A DNA stretch of 64,000 nucleotides from NCBI GenBank assembly GCA_040389905.1, contig JAZJZK010000007.1:319492-383491 (forward strand), given 5' to 3'. The notes under the pieces were generated by a model. That model did no database searches. It was not told the DNA's origin and was given only the letters and a program-made list of their open reading frames with translations. This DNA comes from Gemmatimonadota bacterium. GTDB taxonomy: Bacteria; Gemmatimonadota; Gemmatimonadetes; Gemmatimonadales; Gemmatimonadaceae. Position 1 is the stretch's first letter, and every line of letters starts with the position of its first letter. Shown here piece after piece: positions 18,305 through 28,098 of the stretch. A program made the translations under genes and the position numbers.

Positions 18305-20875
18305 TTACTTGATCTCCGCACTCCCGCGTTCATAGTCGCCGATCAGGTGCTCGGCGAAGTACTCCAGCAGCATCCGCGTGAAGTACGGCTGCATATCCCC
18401 ATACCCGTGCGGCTTGCCGGGCATGATCATGAAGTCGAAGCGTTTGTTCGCCTTGATCAGCGCGTTCGCCAACCGAATAGTGTTCCCGGGATGCACGTTG
18501 TTGTCCATGTCGCCGGTGACGAGCAGCAAGCGTCCCTTGAGATTCGGGGCGAGCTCGATGTTCGTGGGCACGTGGATCTCATACTTCAGCGTATCGTCGA
18601 CGATCGATGTATCAGGCGCCGTCGCGGCGCTTGCCGGTGAGCCCTGCGGAATGATGCCCGTGCCGCGCTGACGACCGCGCGCGCTGTCCGCGCGTGTATT
18701 CGTCCGGTTTGCCGCCACGGCCTTCAGCCCGTGATTCCACTCGCTCCAGTTCTGGTTGTAGATGTTGTTGTCGTGATTCCCGGAAGACGACACACCGACC
18801 TTGAAGAAGTCGTTGTAGGGCGGCTGGAGGAGCGCCGCGCCCGTGAGGAATCCGCCGCCAGAATGGCCATAGATCCCGACGCGATCGATGTCGATGAACT
18901 TGTACTTCGCCGCGAGCTGCTCGATACCGCTCTTCTTATCGGCGAGCGCATAGTCCCGCATGTTGTAGTAGCCGTAGCGGTGGTATGCGAGTGAGCGCTG
19001 CGGACTCCCACCACGATTGCCAATCTGAATGACGATCATGCCGAGCTGCGCGAGCTGCTGCGGCACGTTGCTGGCGGAGAATGTCATGTTGACGGACTCC
19101 GTCTGGGGACCCGGATAGACATTCGCGACGATCGGATACTTCTTCGTCGAGTCGAAGTCGAAGGGCTTCCACATGTTGCCGTAGATGTCCGTCACACCGT
19201 CGGCGGCCTTGACGATGAACGGTTCGGGTGCGCGCCAGCCCATCTCCTTGATGCGCGCGAGATCGGCCTCCTCCAGGTCCATCACGACGTGACCCGTGCC
19301 GTCGCGCAGCGCAATCTTGGTGGGCGCATCCACACGTGAATAGCTATCCACCATGTACTTCTTGGTGGGAGAGATCGTTTCGGTGTGGTTGAAGTTGCCC
19401 GGGTCGACGAGGGCGAAGCCGGTGCCGTCGGCGTTCATGCGATAGGTGTGCGTTAAGTACACGTTCTCGCCGGGTTCGCGGCCGTTGCCGGTGATCCAGA
19501 TGACGCCCTTCACCGTGTCGATCTGCGCGACGGACTCGGTGTGCCACGGCCCCTCGGTCAACGCCTTCTTGAACTGCCCATCGTGACTGTACAGATAGAA
19601 GTGCCCCCAGCCAGAGCGCTCGGACCACCAGATCATGTCGCCGCCGCGTTTCGTGTATCGGATGGGGAGCGGATCGAGCGAGGCGTTCTCGATCGTCTCA
19701 CTCAACAGCACCTTGACGTTGTTCGTCGCGAGGTCGAGCTCGATGACGTCGAGATTGCGCTGGGGGCGATCGCGTCGCACGAGACGGAGCTTTTCGGAGC
19801 CGACGGAGAAGTGCAGGTCCATGAGCCGCTGGTCCTTCCACTTCTTCACACGCAGCGGCGTCACGGACTTGTTGCCGCGGTGGAAATAATAGAGTTCCTG
19901 CTGGGCAACGTCCTGCTCCCCGGGCATCGCGTACGAGTAGGAGGAGAGCGTCGGGCGCGGATTCGCCAGCGAGTTGACGAGGTATAACTCCTTCACTTTG
20001 CGCTGGTCGTTGCGGATGACGCCGAAGGCTTTGGAGTCCGGCGACCACACGACGTTCGGCCGCACGCGCGGATCGCGCGATGCACCGCCGCCTCGGCCGC
20101 CGCCGCCACCCTGGTCGTCTTGCTGTTGCTGTTGTTGCTGCTCGTCCTGGACCGCGACGGTATCGCGAAAGCCGAAGCTGTAGTTCTTGACACCGTCCGT
20201 CGTAATCTGAACCGTGTCGTTCCTGGGCTTTTCGACGATGTACAGGTTGTGATTGCGCGCGAAGACGAAGGCGGAGCTGTCCGGACTCCAATTGCGAAAC
20301 TCGGGGTTTCCGGCGGCTCCGCCACCACCACCTCCTCGCCCGCCACCACCGCGCTCCCGCTCATCATCTGGGAGGATCGAGTCGCGCGACATTTTCCCAA
20401 GGCTCTTGAGCGTCTGCGCCGTGACGCTCCATTCGTACCGCGTCGAGTCCACCATGAAGCGGAAGGCCTTGTGGTCCTTCGTGAACGTCAGCGCGGTGAA
20501 GGGCAGGTTCGTGGCATCGTACGGCTTGTGATGTAGCTCGGTGAGTTCCGCCGCGAGCTTCGCGTGATCGAAGAGTGGCCGCTTCACTTTGGTCTCGGGC
20601 AGCACAAGCGAGAAGCGGGAACCGTTTCGATCGCGCCAGTTGTACCACAGCGAGTCAGTCTCGCCGAGCCATCGTGGCTGGATGGCGGTACTGAGCACGA
20701 CACTTCGTAGTGATGCAGCGCTGAACCGGTCCGCGAGCGTCCAGTTCGCGCGCGGGTGCGTCGCGGCGGTCAGTGCCTGTGCGGGTGTGGGTGACTGGGC
20801 CACAGCGGGCAAGGCTGTCGCGAAGAGCAAGACGGCCGCGTGGGCGAGGTTCGCGCGGTGGGGAGGGCGAAGCAT
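18305..20875 (-). CDS. S9 family (DPP IV-like) peptidase
   Basis: VYPGPQ, nucleophile motif GIYGHSGGG, GDMDNNVH, GKPHGY; signal peptide. Confidence 0.92.
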   Translation of the reverse strand: MLRPPHRANLAHAAVLLFATALPAVAQSPTPAQALTAATHPRANWTLADRFSAASLRSVVLSTAIQPRWLGETDSLWYNWRDRNGSRFSLVLPETKVKRPLFDHAKLAAELTELHHKPYDATNLPFTALTFTKDHKAFRFMVDSTRYEWSVTAQTLKSLGKMSRDSILPDDERERGGGGRGGGGGGAAGNPEFRNWSPDSSAFVFARNHNLYIVEKPRNDTVQITTDGVKNYSFGFRDTVAVQDEQQQQQQQDDQGGGGGRGGGASRDPRVRPNVVWSPDSKAFGVIRNDQRKVKELYLVNSLANPRPTLSSYSYAMPGEQDVAQQELYYFHRGNKSVTPLRVKKWKDQRLMDLHFSVGSEKLRLVRRDRPQRNLDVIELDLATNNVKVLLSETIENASLDPLPIRYTKRGGDMIWWSERSGWGHFYLYSHDGQFKKALTEGPWHTESVAQIDTVKGVIWITGNGREPGENVYLTHTYRMNADGTGFALVDPGNFNHTETISPTKKYMVDSYSRVDAPTKIALRDGTGHVVMDLEEADLARIKEMGWRAPEPFIVKAADGVTDIYGNMWKPFDFDSTKKYPIVANVYPGPQTESVNMTFSASNVPQQLAQLGMIVIQIGNRGGSPQRSLAYHRYGYYNMRDYALADKKSGIEQLAAKYKFIDIDRVGIYGHSGGGFLTGAALLQPPYNDFFKVGVSSSGNHDNNIYNQNWSEWNHGLKAVAANRTNTRADSARGRQRGTGIIPQGSPASAATAPDTSIVDDTLKYEIHVPTNIELAPNLKGRLLLVTGDMDNNVHPGNTIRLANALIKANKRFDFMIMPGKPHGYGDMQPYFTRMLLEYFAEHLIGDYERGSAEIK

Positions 20876-20993
20876 GAACGATTCTCCGAGGGAGGGAAGG
20901 CGCGTTCAGACTTACGACACGAGGGCGCTTCGGGCAAGACGTTCGGCTTGTCAACACTGCCTGCGGCGGCGGGCGGGCGATAGTTTTTATTGT

Positions 20994-21848
20994 ATGCAGA
21001 ACGGCGAGACAACTTCTCGAAGTGCGGCCGCGACAGAGGGCCACGAGGCGCTCGTGTCATGGCTCGCGTCACGCGGTCGCGTGGCGATCGGCTTCAGTGG
21101 CGGCGTCGACTCGGCGTATCTCGCGGTCGTGGCGCGGCAGACGCTCGGCGCGCCGAATGTTGTCGCGATCATCGGGCGAAGCGCGTCGTATCCCGCTGAG
21201 CAGTGGGCTACCGCTCGTACGGTTGCCGAGTCGTTCGGTATTCAGGTGCTCGAGCTCGACACGGACGAGCTGAGCGACCCTCGCTACGCCGCGAATCCAT
21301 CGAATCGGTGCTATTTCTGTAAAACGGAGCTCTGGTCGAAGCTGGTGCCGCTGGCGCGATCGCACGGCTTTGACGTCGTCGTCGACGGTACGAACGCTGA
21401 TGACCTGACGGATTATCGTCCGGGCGCGCAGGCGGCGCGCGAGCACGGCGTGGTCAGTCCACTCGCCGAGTTGGGTATCACGAAAGATGCGATCCGTGAA
21501 GCATCGCGCGTGCTCGGCATTCCCACCTGGTCGCAACCGTCGTCGCCGTGTCTGTCGTCGCGGCTACCATACGGGACGAGTGTTACGCCGCAGCGGCTCG
21601 GCCAGGTCGAGCGGGCGGAGGCAGCGCTGCGCGCGCTTGGGATTACCGGCGACCTGCGTGTGCGGTACCACGATGATCTGGCGCGTGTCGAGTTGTCTCG
21701 TGACGCGCTGGACGAATGGCTCGTGCCGCAGGCGCTCGAACAACTCTCGGCCGCCGTTCGAGACGCGGGATTCACTCGTGTCGCGCTCGACCTGCGCGGG
21801 TTTCGTTCTGGCTCGCTCAACGTTCTGCACGGAGTGACGGCCGCATGA
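20994..21848 (+). CDS. larE: ATP-dependent sulfur transferase LarE
   Basis: PP-loop FSGGVDS, NRCYFCK, DGTNADD, DYRPG, PSSPCLSSR, GFRSGSLN. Confidence 0.9.
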   Translation: MQNGETTSRSAAATEGHEALVSWLASRGRVAIGFSGGVDSAYLAVVARQTLGAPNVVAIIGRSASYPAEQWATARTVAESFGIQVLELDTDELSDPRYAANPSNRCYFCKTELWSKLVPLARSHGFDVVVDGTNADDLTDYRPGAQAAREHGVVSPLAELGITKDAIREASRVLGIPTWSQPSSPCLSSRLPYGTSVTPQRLGQVERAEAALRALGITGDLRVRYHDDLARVELSRDALDEWLVPQALEQLSAAVRDAGFTRVALDLRGFRSGSLNVLHGVTAA

Positions 21849-22072
21849 GTATTCGGCGCGAAACGCCCGGAGGTCCGACCGCGCTCGAAAAGGCGCTATC
21901 GGAGGGCGGAATTCCATGCAAGGTCGAGACGCGCGCCGGGCTCGCCGTGCTGATCGCGACGCCTGACATGGTGGCGCGACTCGGGGATGCCGAACTGCGG
22001 CGCACCGCGCTCGCGTTGGCGCGCGAGCACGGGTTCACGCACATGGCGATCGAGTTAAGAAGCGAGGGTTAG
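21845..22072 (+). CDS. Small protein resembling the LarE C-terminal domain
   Basis: ATGA-coupled to larE; AREHGFTHMAIEL resembles LarE VRDAGFTRVALDL. Confidence 0.6.
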   Translation: MSIRRETPGGPTALEKALSEGGIPCKVETRAGLAVLIATPDMVARLGDAELRRTALALAREHGFTHMAIELRSEG

Positions 22073-22087
22073 AAAAGGGCAACAGCA

Positions 22088-22162
22088 GGTTGCAGGCCCT
22101 TCACTTCGTTCCCTTCGTCGCATGCGCTCCTCGAGGGCAGGCAGACGACAAAACGAGCGGGG
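22088..22162. repeat. REP-like repeat subtype B with nested insert
   Basis: tgcaggcccttcacttcgtt[cccttcgtcgcatgcgctcctcgagggcaggc]agacgacaaaacgagcgggg. Confidence 0.75.
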
Positions 22163-22172
22163 TTCGTCTGCG

Positions 22173-23654
22173 CTATCGACCTGCGGGAAGCTTTCCCCCG
22201 CCGAACTTGTCGAGCACCTTACCAGCAATGCAGCGCCCCATCTCCGCTCCCTTCACGTTCGAGACGGGATAGTGGATGCCACCATAGATGCGAGAGCGGC
22301 CTGCTTCATCGGACGCCGCGCTGAAGGATGCGAAGTTCCGCACCTCGTGACCCAGCGGCACACTCGTGCTATCCGCGAACGGTCCGTCGCCGAGTATGCC
22401 CGCGAGGGTCGCAGCGGCAGCGGCTGAGACGGTCGAGTGGCCGGAGACGTACTCGGGGAACGGCGGTGTCGGAATCGCTGGCTCCCAGGTGGAGTCCATG
22501 GTCATGCGAATGTAGGTGCGCGGCCGGATGACGTTCACCTCGAACTTGACCCCCCAGGTGGCAATGAAGGCATCGGCCATCGAGGCGCTGGTCAAGACCA
22601 TGAGCCACGCGGCCTGCGCGCCGTTCAGTTTGCGCTCACTCACCATCTGGCTGGCGATCGACAACCAATGTCCAACGGGCGTTCCGGTCTCGCCGCCATT
22701 GTCTGCCCAGTAGAGCGCGGTGGCTTTCTGCGCTGGTGTGAGGGCTTTGCTGATGTCGTGCACGGCCTTCGCCTCTCCATACAGCCCGGCACCCGGCGTC
22801 AGTGAGAACGCGGGGGGTGGCGGCAATGGACACTCACGCCATGTCGTCAAAACAAAGGGGCGGTTGTGCCCCCAGTACGCCTCGGTCACGCCGGCCATGT
22901 TGGTGGCCGGCATGGTAGTTGGCCCGGGTCGCTTTTGCCGGTCGAGAATCAGACCGCGATCGCTCGCGGAACCCGATGGGGCCGCGTTCGTCGGATTGCC
23001 CGGAACGATGAGCTGACTGACTCCGGAAATATTCTGCGTCGTGTAGGTCGTCGTTGTCGAATCGTTTACCCAGAGTCCCGGTCCAACCGGGGGAACGTAT
23101 TTTCGTCCACGTGTTGAATCGAACCCATCGCCGTGTGCCCACGCGACGATCGCAAGCCCCGTTCTTCGACCAAGATCTGCCGAGCGCGCGCGCACGTCTT
23201 CGTTGAGACCCTCGGCGATGCGTGCGGTGAGCAACGAGTCGGCGAACTGTGTCAGCGACGCCTTCGTCGTCGGAAGACCATCGCGAAAGAGGCTGTCGAC
23301 AATGACGCGCTCAGCGCTCACCGCCGCAATCGTCGGGTCGTAGGTCGCTCCGGACTCGCCCTTCGGAAGCGTCGCAAGCCCGTTGAGCTTGCCGTCGAGC
23401 GTCGGAAGCCCCGGTGTCGCGGCGGCGATACCGGAGTAGAGCGCGCCGGTCGCATACGCCGATAGCCGGGACGCCACGTTCGGCGACAGGCGCTCCGCTC
23501 GGATGGCGCCGTAGAGTCGGTGCATCCATCCGGACACCATGTGCGGATCTGCTTCGCGCGTGCGACTGCAGGCAGAGATGAGGCAGACGGCGGCCAACAG
23601 CGCGAGGGCAGGAATACGTCGGTGAGTCATCGAGTGCGTCGAAAAGGGAGGCAT
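22173..23654 (-). CDS. Vanadium-dependent haloperoxidase / PAP2 superfamily protein (possible lipoprotein)
   Basis: K...RP, TPPFPEYVSGHS and SRIYGGIHY motifs; ISAC lipobox-like site. Confidence 0.85.
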   Translation of the reverse strand: MPPFSTHSMTHRRIPALALLAAVCLISACSRTREADPHMVSGWMHRLYGAIRAERLSPNVASRLSAYATGALYSGIAAATPGLPTLDGKLNGLATLPKGESGATYDPTIAAVSAERVIVDSLFRDGLPTTKASLTQFADSLLTARIAEGLNEDVRARSADLGRRTGLAIVAWAHGDGFDSTRGRKYVPPVGPGLWVNDSTTTTYTTQNISGVSQLIVPGNPTNAAPSGSASDRGLILDRQKRPGPTTMPATNMAGVTEAYWGHNRPFVLTTWRECPLPPPPAFSLTPGAGLYGEAKAVHDISKALTPAQKATALYWADNGGETGTPVGHWLSIASQMVSERKLNGAQAAWLMVLTSASMADAFIATWGVKFEVNVIRPRTYIRMTMDSTWEPAIPTPPFPEYVSGHSTVSAAAAATLAGILGDGPFADSTSVPLGHEVRNFASFSAASDEAGRSRIYGGIHYPVSNVKGAEMGRCIAGKVLDKFGGGKLPAGR

Positions 23655-23893
23655 GCAGCGAATCTACGCGATCCAGCAGCAAGACGTTTGAATCCACCAG
23701 TCGTTCGGGAAGGGGCAACACATCCCCCTGGTATGCAAGCCGTTGTCTCAGCGGACGTTACAGGATGGGATCCGCAGAAACCCACCACTCGGCAGCGCGA
23801 GGCACGCACGTACGGGTCTCGCCATCTGCTTCGCGAACGCGCCGCCGATAGTTGCGTCAGGAGATTGCCCTTCGTGGTGCGTAGTTTCGTGGA

Positions 23894-24034
23894 TGTCATC
23901 CCGAGCCCATTCGACTTCGCTCAGGGTAAACTCCGTCGAGGGATCTGCACGTTCAGTGTGGGTTTGTGGGTGCAGACCCCTCGATTCGCGGAGCCTGCCC
24001 TGAGCGTAGTCGAATGGGTTCACTCGGGGTGACA
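23894..24034. repeat. REP-like subtype A doublet with nested inserts in both arms
   Basis: tgtcatcccgagc[ccattcgacttcgctcagggtaaactcc]gtcgagggatctgcac ... gtgcagacccctcga[..ccctgagcgtagtcgaatggg..]ctcggggtgaca. Confidence 0.85.
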
Positions 24035-24124
24035 CCTTAGGAATTGGCTGTTTTACGATGGGGGGTAGATATATTCCCCGCGACCTGTGACGTCGTGCCA
24101 CGACCATTCGATACGAGATCCGAG

Positions 24125-24742
24125 ATGAAGACACGCTTCGCCACCGCGGCCGCCCTCCTCGTCCTGGGAGCCGCTCCGAGCCTGAACGCGCAACAGCCGC
24201 CTCCGGCCACGGAGGTCGGAGTGGAGTTCAAAGCGCTCGGCACGCTTCCAGCCAAGAGTGGAGCCCCGCTCACCGTCACGAGCCCCGCCTTTGCTCCCGG
24301 CGGCGACATTCCCTTCGAAAACACGCAATACAAAGGCAACGTCTTTCCGGGTCTCGCATGGACGGCTGGCCCATCGGGCACCAAGACGTATGCGGTGATC
24401 CTTCAGGATCTCGACGCCATGCGAAACGGTGCGCCCATCCTGCACTGGACGATGGTGAATATCCCGGGCACCGTGACCAAGCTCGATGCAGGAATGACGG
24501 CTCCGCCGGCTGGCGCGCAGTATGGCCCGAACATTCGAGGCGCTGCACAGGCGTACATGGGTCCGCGTACCCCCGCAGGGCCCAAGCACCGTTATCACTT
24601 TCAGGTGTTCGCCCTCGATACGTCGATCCCTGCGGATGCGACCGCGACCTACGCCACGATGACGGATGCGATGAAGGGCCATGTGCTCGCGAGTGGCGAG
24701 GTCATTGGGCTCGGCCAGATCATGCCACCGCCGGCGCCCTAG
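24125..24742 (+). CDS. YbhB/YbcL family (PEBP) protein, secreted
   Basis: LTVTSPAF, QDLDA, HW, YMGP...HRYHFQVFALD. Confidence 0.9.
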   Translation: MKTRFATAAALLVLGAAPSLNAQQPPPATEVGVEFKALGTLPAKSGAPLTVTSPAFAPGGDIPFENTQYKGNVFPGLAWTAGPSGTKTYAVILQDLDAMRNGAPILHWTMVNIPGTVTKLDAGMTAPPAGAQYGPNIRGAAQAYMGPRTPAGPKHRYHFQVFALDTSIPADATATYATMTDAMKGHVLASGEVIGLGQIMPPPAP

Positions 24743-24790
24743 GACGCGCGAATTATCATCCGCAGGCGTGCGTGAATTAGACTTGCCGAT

Positions 24791-25375
24791 GTGCAAACCC
24801 CTGGCTCGCAGCGGCTCTTTCTCGCGATCGAGTTTCCGTCGCCATTGATTGCCGCGCTCGACAGCGCTGTCGAGCCGTTGCGCGCCTTGGCGCCGGAACT
24901 CGCGTGGGTTCCGCTCGACAAGCAGCACTTGACGATGAAGTTCCTCGGTGACGTCCGCGACGCCGAAGTTCCTCGGGTGATCGCCATGGCCGAGTCCGTC
25001 GCGCGAATGCACCGGCCGTTCGAGATACAATTGAACGGGATTGGTGCGTTTCCAAACTTCAAACGGGCACGAGTCGTATGGCTTGGGGTAGAGCAGGAGG
25101 CCCGGTTGGAGCTGCTGCATCACGACCTCGAGGTAGCGGGCGAGGCAGAGGGCTTTGAAATCGAAGGGCGACCATTCCGGCCGCATCTCACCGTGGCGCG
25201 GGTGCGGGTGCCGCTCGATCGTGAGCGCACCAGGTTGTTCGCACGTGCGGCGCGGAGAGTAAACTTCTCGGCGAGCGCGGTCGTTTCTGAAATTGCCGTG
25301 TTCGAAAGCACGCTCGCGTCGCGTGGCGCGCGCTACCGCCGCATTTACGCGGCGACACTCGGCGGAGGCCGTTGA
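24791..25375 (+). CDS. thpR: RNA 2',3'-cyclic phosphodiesterase
   Basis: RLFLAI; two 2H motifs HLTMKFLG and FRPHLTVAR. Confidence 0.9.
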   Translation: MQTPGSQRLFLAIEFPSPLIAALDSAVEPLRALAPELAWVPLDKQHLTMKFLGDVRDAEVPRVIAMAESVARMHRPFEIQLNGIGAFPNFKRARVVWLGVEQEARLELLHHDLEVAGEAEGFEIEGRPFRPHLTVARVRVPLDRERTRLFARAARRVNFSASAVVSEIAVFESTLASRGARYRRIYAATLGGGR

Positions 25376-25378
25376 CTG

Positions 25379-26038
25379 ATGGGTTGCATTGCACGTCTCG
25401 GATGTCTCATTGTCCTCGCCATCCTGGCGATCTGCGCCTACTTCACGCGCGATCGCTGGCTGCACAAGATCACGAACTCGCCGGCTGCGGTTTCGACCGC
25501 GCCCGTCTGGGAGCCGCTGACGCCGGAGGCGGGCCTGAAAGGCAAGCGCATCGTCGAATCGATGACGTCGTCCACCGGGCCGGTGTTCGCGAACTTGAAG
25601 GCGGGCGAAGTGGCGTCGTACGTCTTCCAGACGGTCGGCAAGACGATTCCCGCGTCGTCGGACAGCGCCGAGGCAGCGGTGATCGGAGACGTGCTGTATG
25701 TCCGTGCGGTCGTGCCGATGAAGGAGATTGCCGGCTCCGGCGTCCTTGGGCCGTTAGCGGGCCTCCTCAACGATCGCGAGCGGCTGTCGTTCGGCGGGAG
25801 CTTCCGCGTCGTGCGACCGGGGCTGAGCGAATTCCAGATTCGCGAGATCAAGCTGCGCGATTTCAAGGTTCCGTCGGGAGCCATACCAAAACTTGTCCAG
25901 CAGATCTCGCGGGGGAATCGTCCCGAAGGTATTTCTCCCAACGCGTTGCCGGTGACGACGCCGAAGACACTCGGCGATGTTCGCATTGCGAATCATCTGG
26001 TCACACTCTACAAGACGGTCCCGGGTTCCACGCCATGA
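25379..26038 (+). CDS. Membrane-anchored hypothetical protein
   Basis: N-terminal TM RLGCLIVLAILAICAYF; operonic spacing, ATGA overlap with the next gene. Confidence 0.75.
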   Translation: MGCIARLGCLIVLAILAICAYFTRDRWLHKITNSPAAVSTAPVWEPLTPEAGLKGKRIVESMTSSTGPVFANLKAGEVASYVFQTVGKTIPASSDSAEAAVIGDVLYVRAVVPMKEIAGSGVLGPLAGLLNDRERLSFGGSFRVVRPGLSEFQIREIKLRDFKVPSGAIPKLVQQISRGNRPEGISPNALPVTTPKTLGDVRIANHLVTLYKTVPGSTP

Positions 26039-27456
26039 AACGAAAGATCCTGATCGTCGACGACGAGCAGGGCATCCGCGCGGCGCTCGGCCAACTCCTC
26101 GAGTTCGAGGGCTACGACGTGCGGACCGCGGCCAACGCCGTGGACGGCCTGAGCGAGTATGCGCGCTTTCGCCCGCACCTCGTCTTCATGGATGTGAAGA
26201 TGGCGGGTATCGACGGGCTGGAGGCGCTCAAGAAGCTTCGAGAGCAGGACGCGCAGGCGGTCGTCGTCATGATCAGCGGTCACGCGACGATACAGACGGC
26301 GGTCGAAGCGACGCAGCACGGCGCATACGACATCCTCGAAAAGCCGCTGGACACCGATCGCATCCTCGTCACGTTGCGCAACGCGCTCGCCCACCTCGAT
26401 CTTGCGGAAGAGAACGAGCGGCTGCGCGACACGATTCATTCTCGCTTCGCGATCGTCGGCAACTCGTATGGTGTTCGGGCGCTGACGGACAAGATTGCGC
26501 TCGTGGCGAAGACGCCGGCGCGCGTGCTGATCACCGGCGAGAATGGCACCGGCAAGGAACTCGTTGCGCGCGCGATTCACACGCAGTCCACGCGCGCCAA
26601 GCAATCGTTCATCGAGGTGAATTGCGCGGCCATCCCGAGTGAGCTGATCGAGAGCGAGTTGTTCGGCCACATCAAGGGATCGTTCACCGGCGCGGTGGCG
26701 GATCGTGCGGGAAAGTTCGAGCAAGCCGACCGCGGCACGCTCTTTCTCGACGAGATTGGCGACATGAGCCTTGCCGCGCAGGCGAAAGTGCTCCGCGTGC
26801 TTCAAGACGGCGTGGTCACGCGCATCGGAGGTTCGAAGCCGGTGCAGGTCGATGTGCGCGTGCTCGCCGCGACCAACAAGAACGTCGAAGAGGAAATCAG
26901 TGCGGGCCGATTCCGCGAGGATCTCTACTACCGGCTCAATGTCGTGCCCATTCACGTGCCGCCTCTGCGTGAGCGGCGCGAGGACATTCCGTCGCTCATC
27001 GGGCATTTCGTGGCGCAACTCACCGGCGCTGGTGGGCTGTCACCGCGCGCGATCGGCGACGACGCGATTGCACGGCTGCAGCAACGCGACTGGCCGGGAA
27101 ATGTGCGCGAGCTGCGCAACACGATCGAGCGACTCCTGATTCTCTCGAGCGGACCGCGCATCGGCGCGGATGACGTCGAGCGGCTCGTCGGCCGCCGCGC
27201 CGATTCCGCCGAGGGTGGATTGGGGTCCCTGCTCGACGTGGCTACCTTCGACGAATTCAAGCACGCGGCAGAACGCGCGTATCTCCTGGCGAAACTGCGC
27301 GCGTTCGATTGGAACGTGAGCGAAACGGCGCGCGCGCTCGACATGCCGCGTTCCAACCTGTACAAGAAGATTGAACGGTACGCCCTGAGCCGCGAGGGGG
27401 GAGCCACGGCCCCACTGCCGACGACAGCCGGACACGACGAGGACGACGACGAATGA
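26035..27456 (+). CDS. Sigma-54-interacting response regulator (NtrC/NtrX family)
   Basis: Receiver ILIVDDE, GENGTGKE, GSFTGA, WPGNVREL, Fis-type HTH. Confidence 0.92.
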   Translation: MKRKILIVDDEQGIRAALGQLLEFEGYDVRTAANAVDGLSEYARFRPHLVFMDVKMAGIDGLEALKKLREQDAQAVVVMISGHATIQTAVEATQHGAYDILEKPLDTDRILVTLRNALAHLDLAEENERLRDTIHSRFAIVGNSYGVRALTDKIALVAKTPARVLITGENGTGKELVARAIHTQSTRAKQSFIEVNCAAIPSELIESELFGHIKGSFTGAVADRAGKFEQADRGTLFLDEIGDMSLAAQAKVLRVLQDGVVTRIGGSKPVQVDVRVLAATNKNVEEEISAGRFREDLYYRLNVVPIHVPPLRERREDIPSLIGHFVAQLTGAGGLSPRAIGDDAIARLQQRDWPGNVRELRNTIERLLILSSGPRIGADDVERLVGRRADSAEGGLGSLLDVATFDEFKHAAERAYLLAKLRAFDWNVSETARALDMPRSNLYKKIERYALSREGGATAPLPTTAGHDEDDDE

Positions 27457-27932
27457 CCGATTGGGACGCAGAACTCAAGAAGATCGACAAGCAGTTGGAA
27501 TCGATGTCGGATTCGGCGTTGATCCCTGCGCCGGCGAAAGGAGCGCCGCCCGCCGCGAAGGCCGCGGTGGCTGCCGAGCGGGCATCAACCAAGACGTGGC
27601 CGGCGTTGGTGCGGTTGGGACTCGCCACGGTGCTCGCTGTTGGCATTCTCTTCTGGCCATATCCGTCGCGCTGCGGTGTGGGGCTGGCCGGCTACCTCAC
27701 GGCGGTGAGCGCGGTCACGCTCGGTGGGCTGTGGAGCAGCGTGTGGACATGGCGTCATCGCACGGCACGCGCGCACATCCTCTCGTTGCTTCTTATCGTG
27801 TGGGGGCTCGTGCTGGCCGCGTCGGAGATTCTTCCCCACGCGGGCTACGCCAAGCCGGACGCTGCGCGACCGGTGGGGTGGTCGTGCGTTGCTCCTGTTC
27901 CCCCTATGACCGGAACGCCAACGACAAAATAG
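27453..27932 (+). CDS. Hypothetical membrane protein
   Basis: ATGA-coupled; about three TM segments. Confidence 0.75.
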   Translation: MTDWDAELKKIDKQLESMSDSALIPAPAKGAPPAAKAAVAAERASTKTWPALVRLGLATVLAVGILFWPYPSRCGVGLAGYLTAVSAVTLGGLWSSVWTWRHRTARAHILSLLLIVWGLVLAASEILPHAGYAKPDAARPVGWSCVAPVPPMTGTPTTK

Positions 27933-27940
27933 GTAAGCAA

Positions 27941-28066
27941 CGAAGGGCCTGCACCTCGCGGGCCTCAGATTTCAGGTGTTTCAGCCATCAGCCGCAGCTT
28001 ACAGGCGTTCAGGGGGTGTGGCGTCCCACTCATTTTGTCGCCCTGAGCGAAGCGAAGGCCCGCACC
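27941..28066. repeat. REP-like subtype B: one partial and one full copy
   Basis: cgaagggcctgcacc (27941-27955); ttttgtcgccctgagcgaagcgaaggcccgcacc (28033-28066). Confidence 0.7.
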
Positions 28067-28098
28067 TTCGCAGTTCCTCATCGTACGCATGAAACCGG

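Noticed and set aside
20085..20355. Gln run and GGGGRGGGG tracts in the S9 peptidase
   Set aside because: In-frame low-complexity linkers with no sign of phase variation.
23667..23893. Unexplained intergenic stretch, considered as ncRNA or riboswitch
   Set aside because: No recognisable RNA motif or convincing ORF by eye.
25372..26034. Apparent 220-aa N-terminal extension on the NtrC-family regulator
   Set aside because: Overlaps the real gene 25379..26038 in another frame; the receiver domain starts at ATG 26035. Similar over-extensions apply to ORFs at 20589, 34381, 49578, 54917 and 58606.
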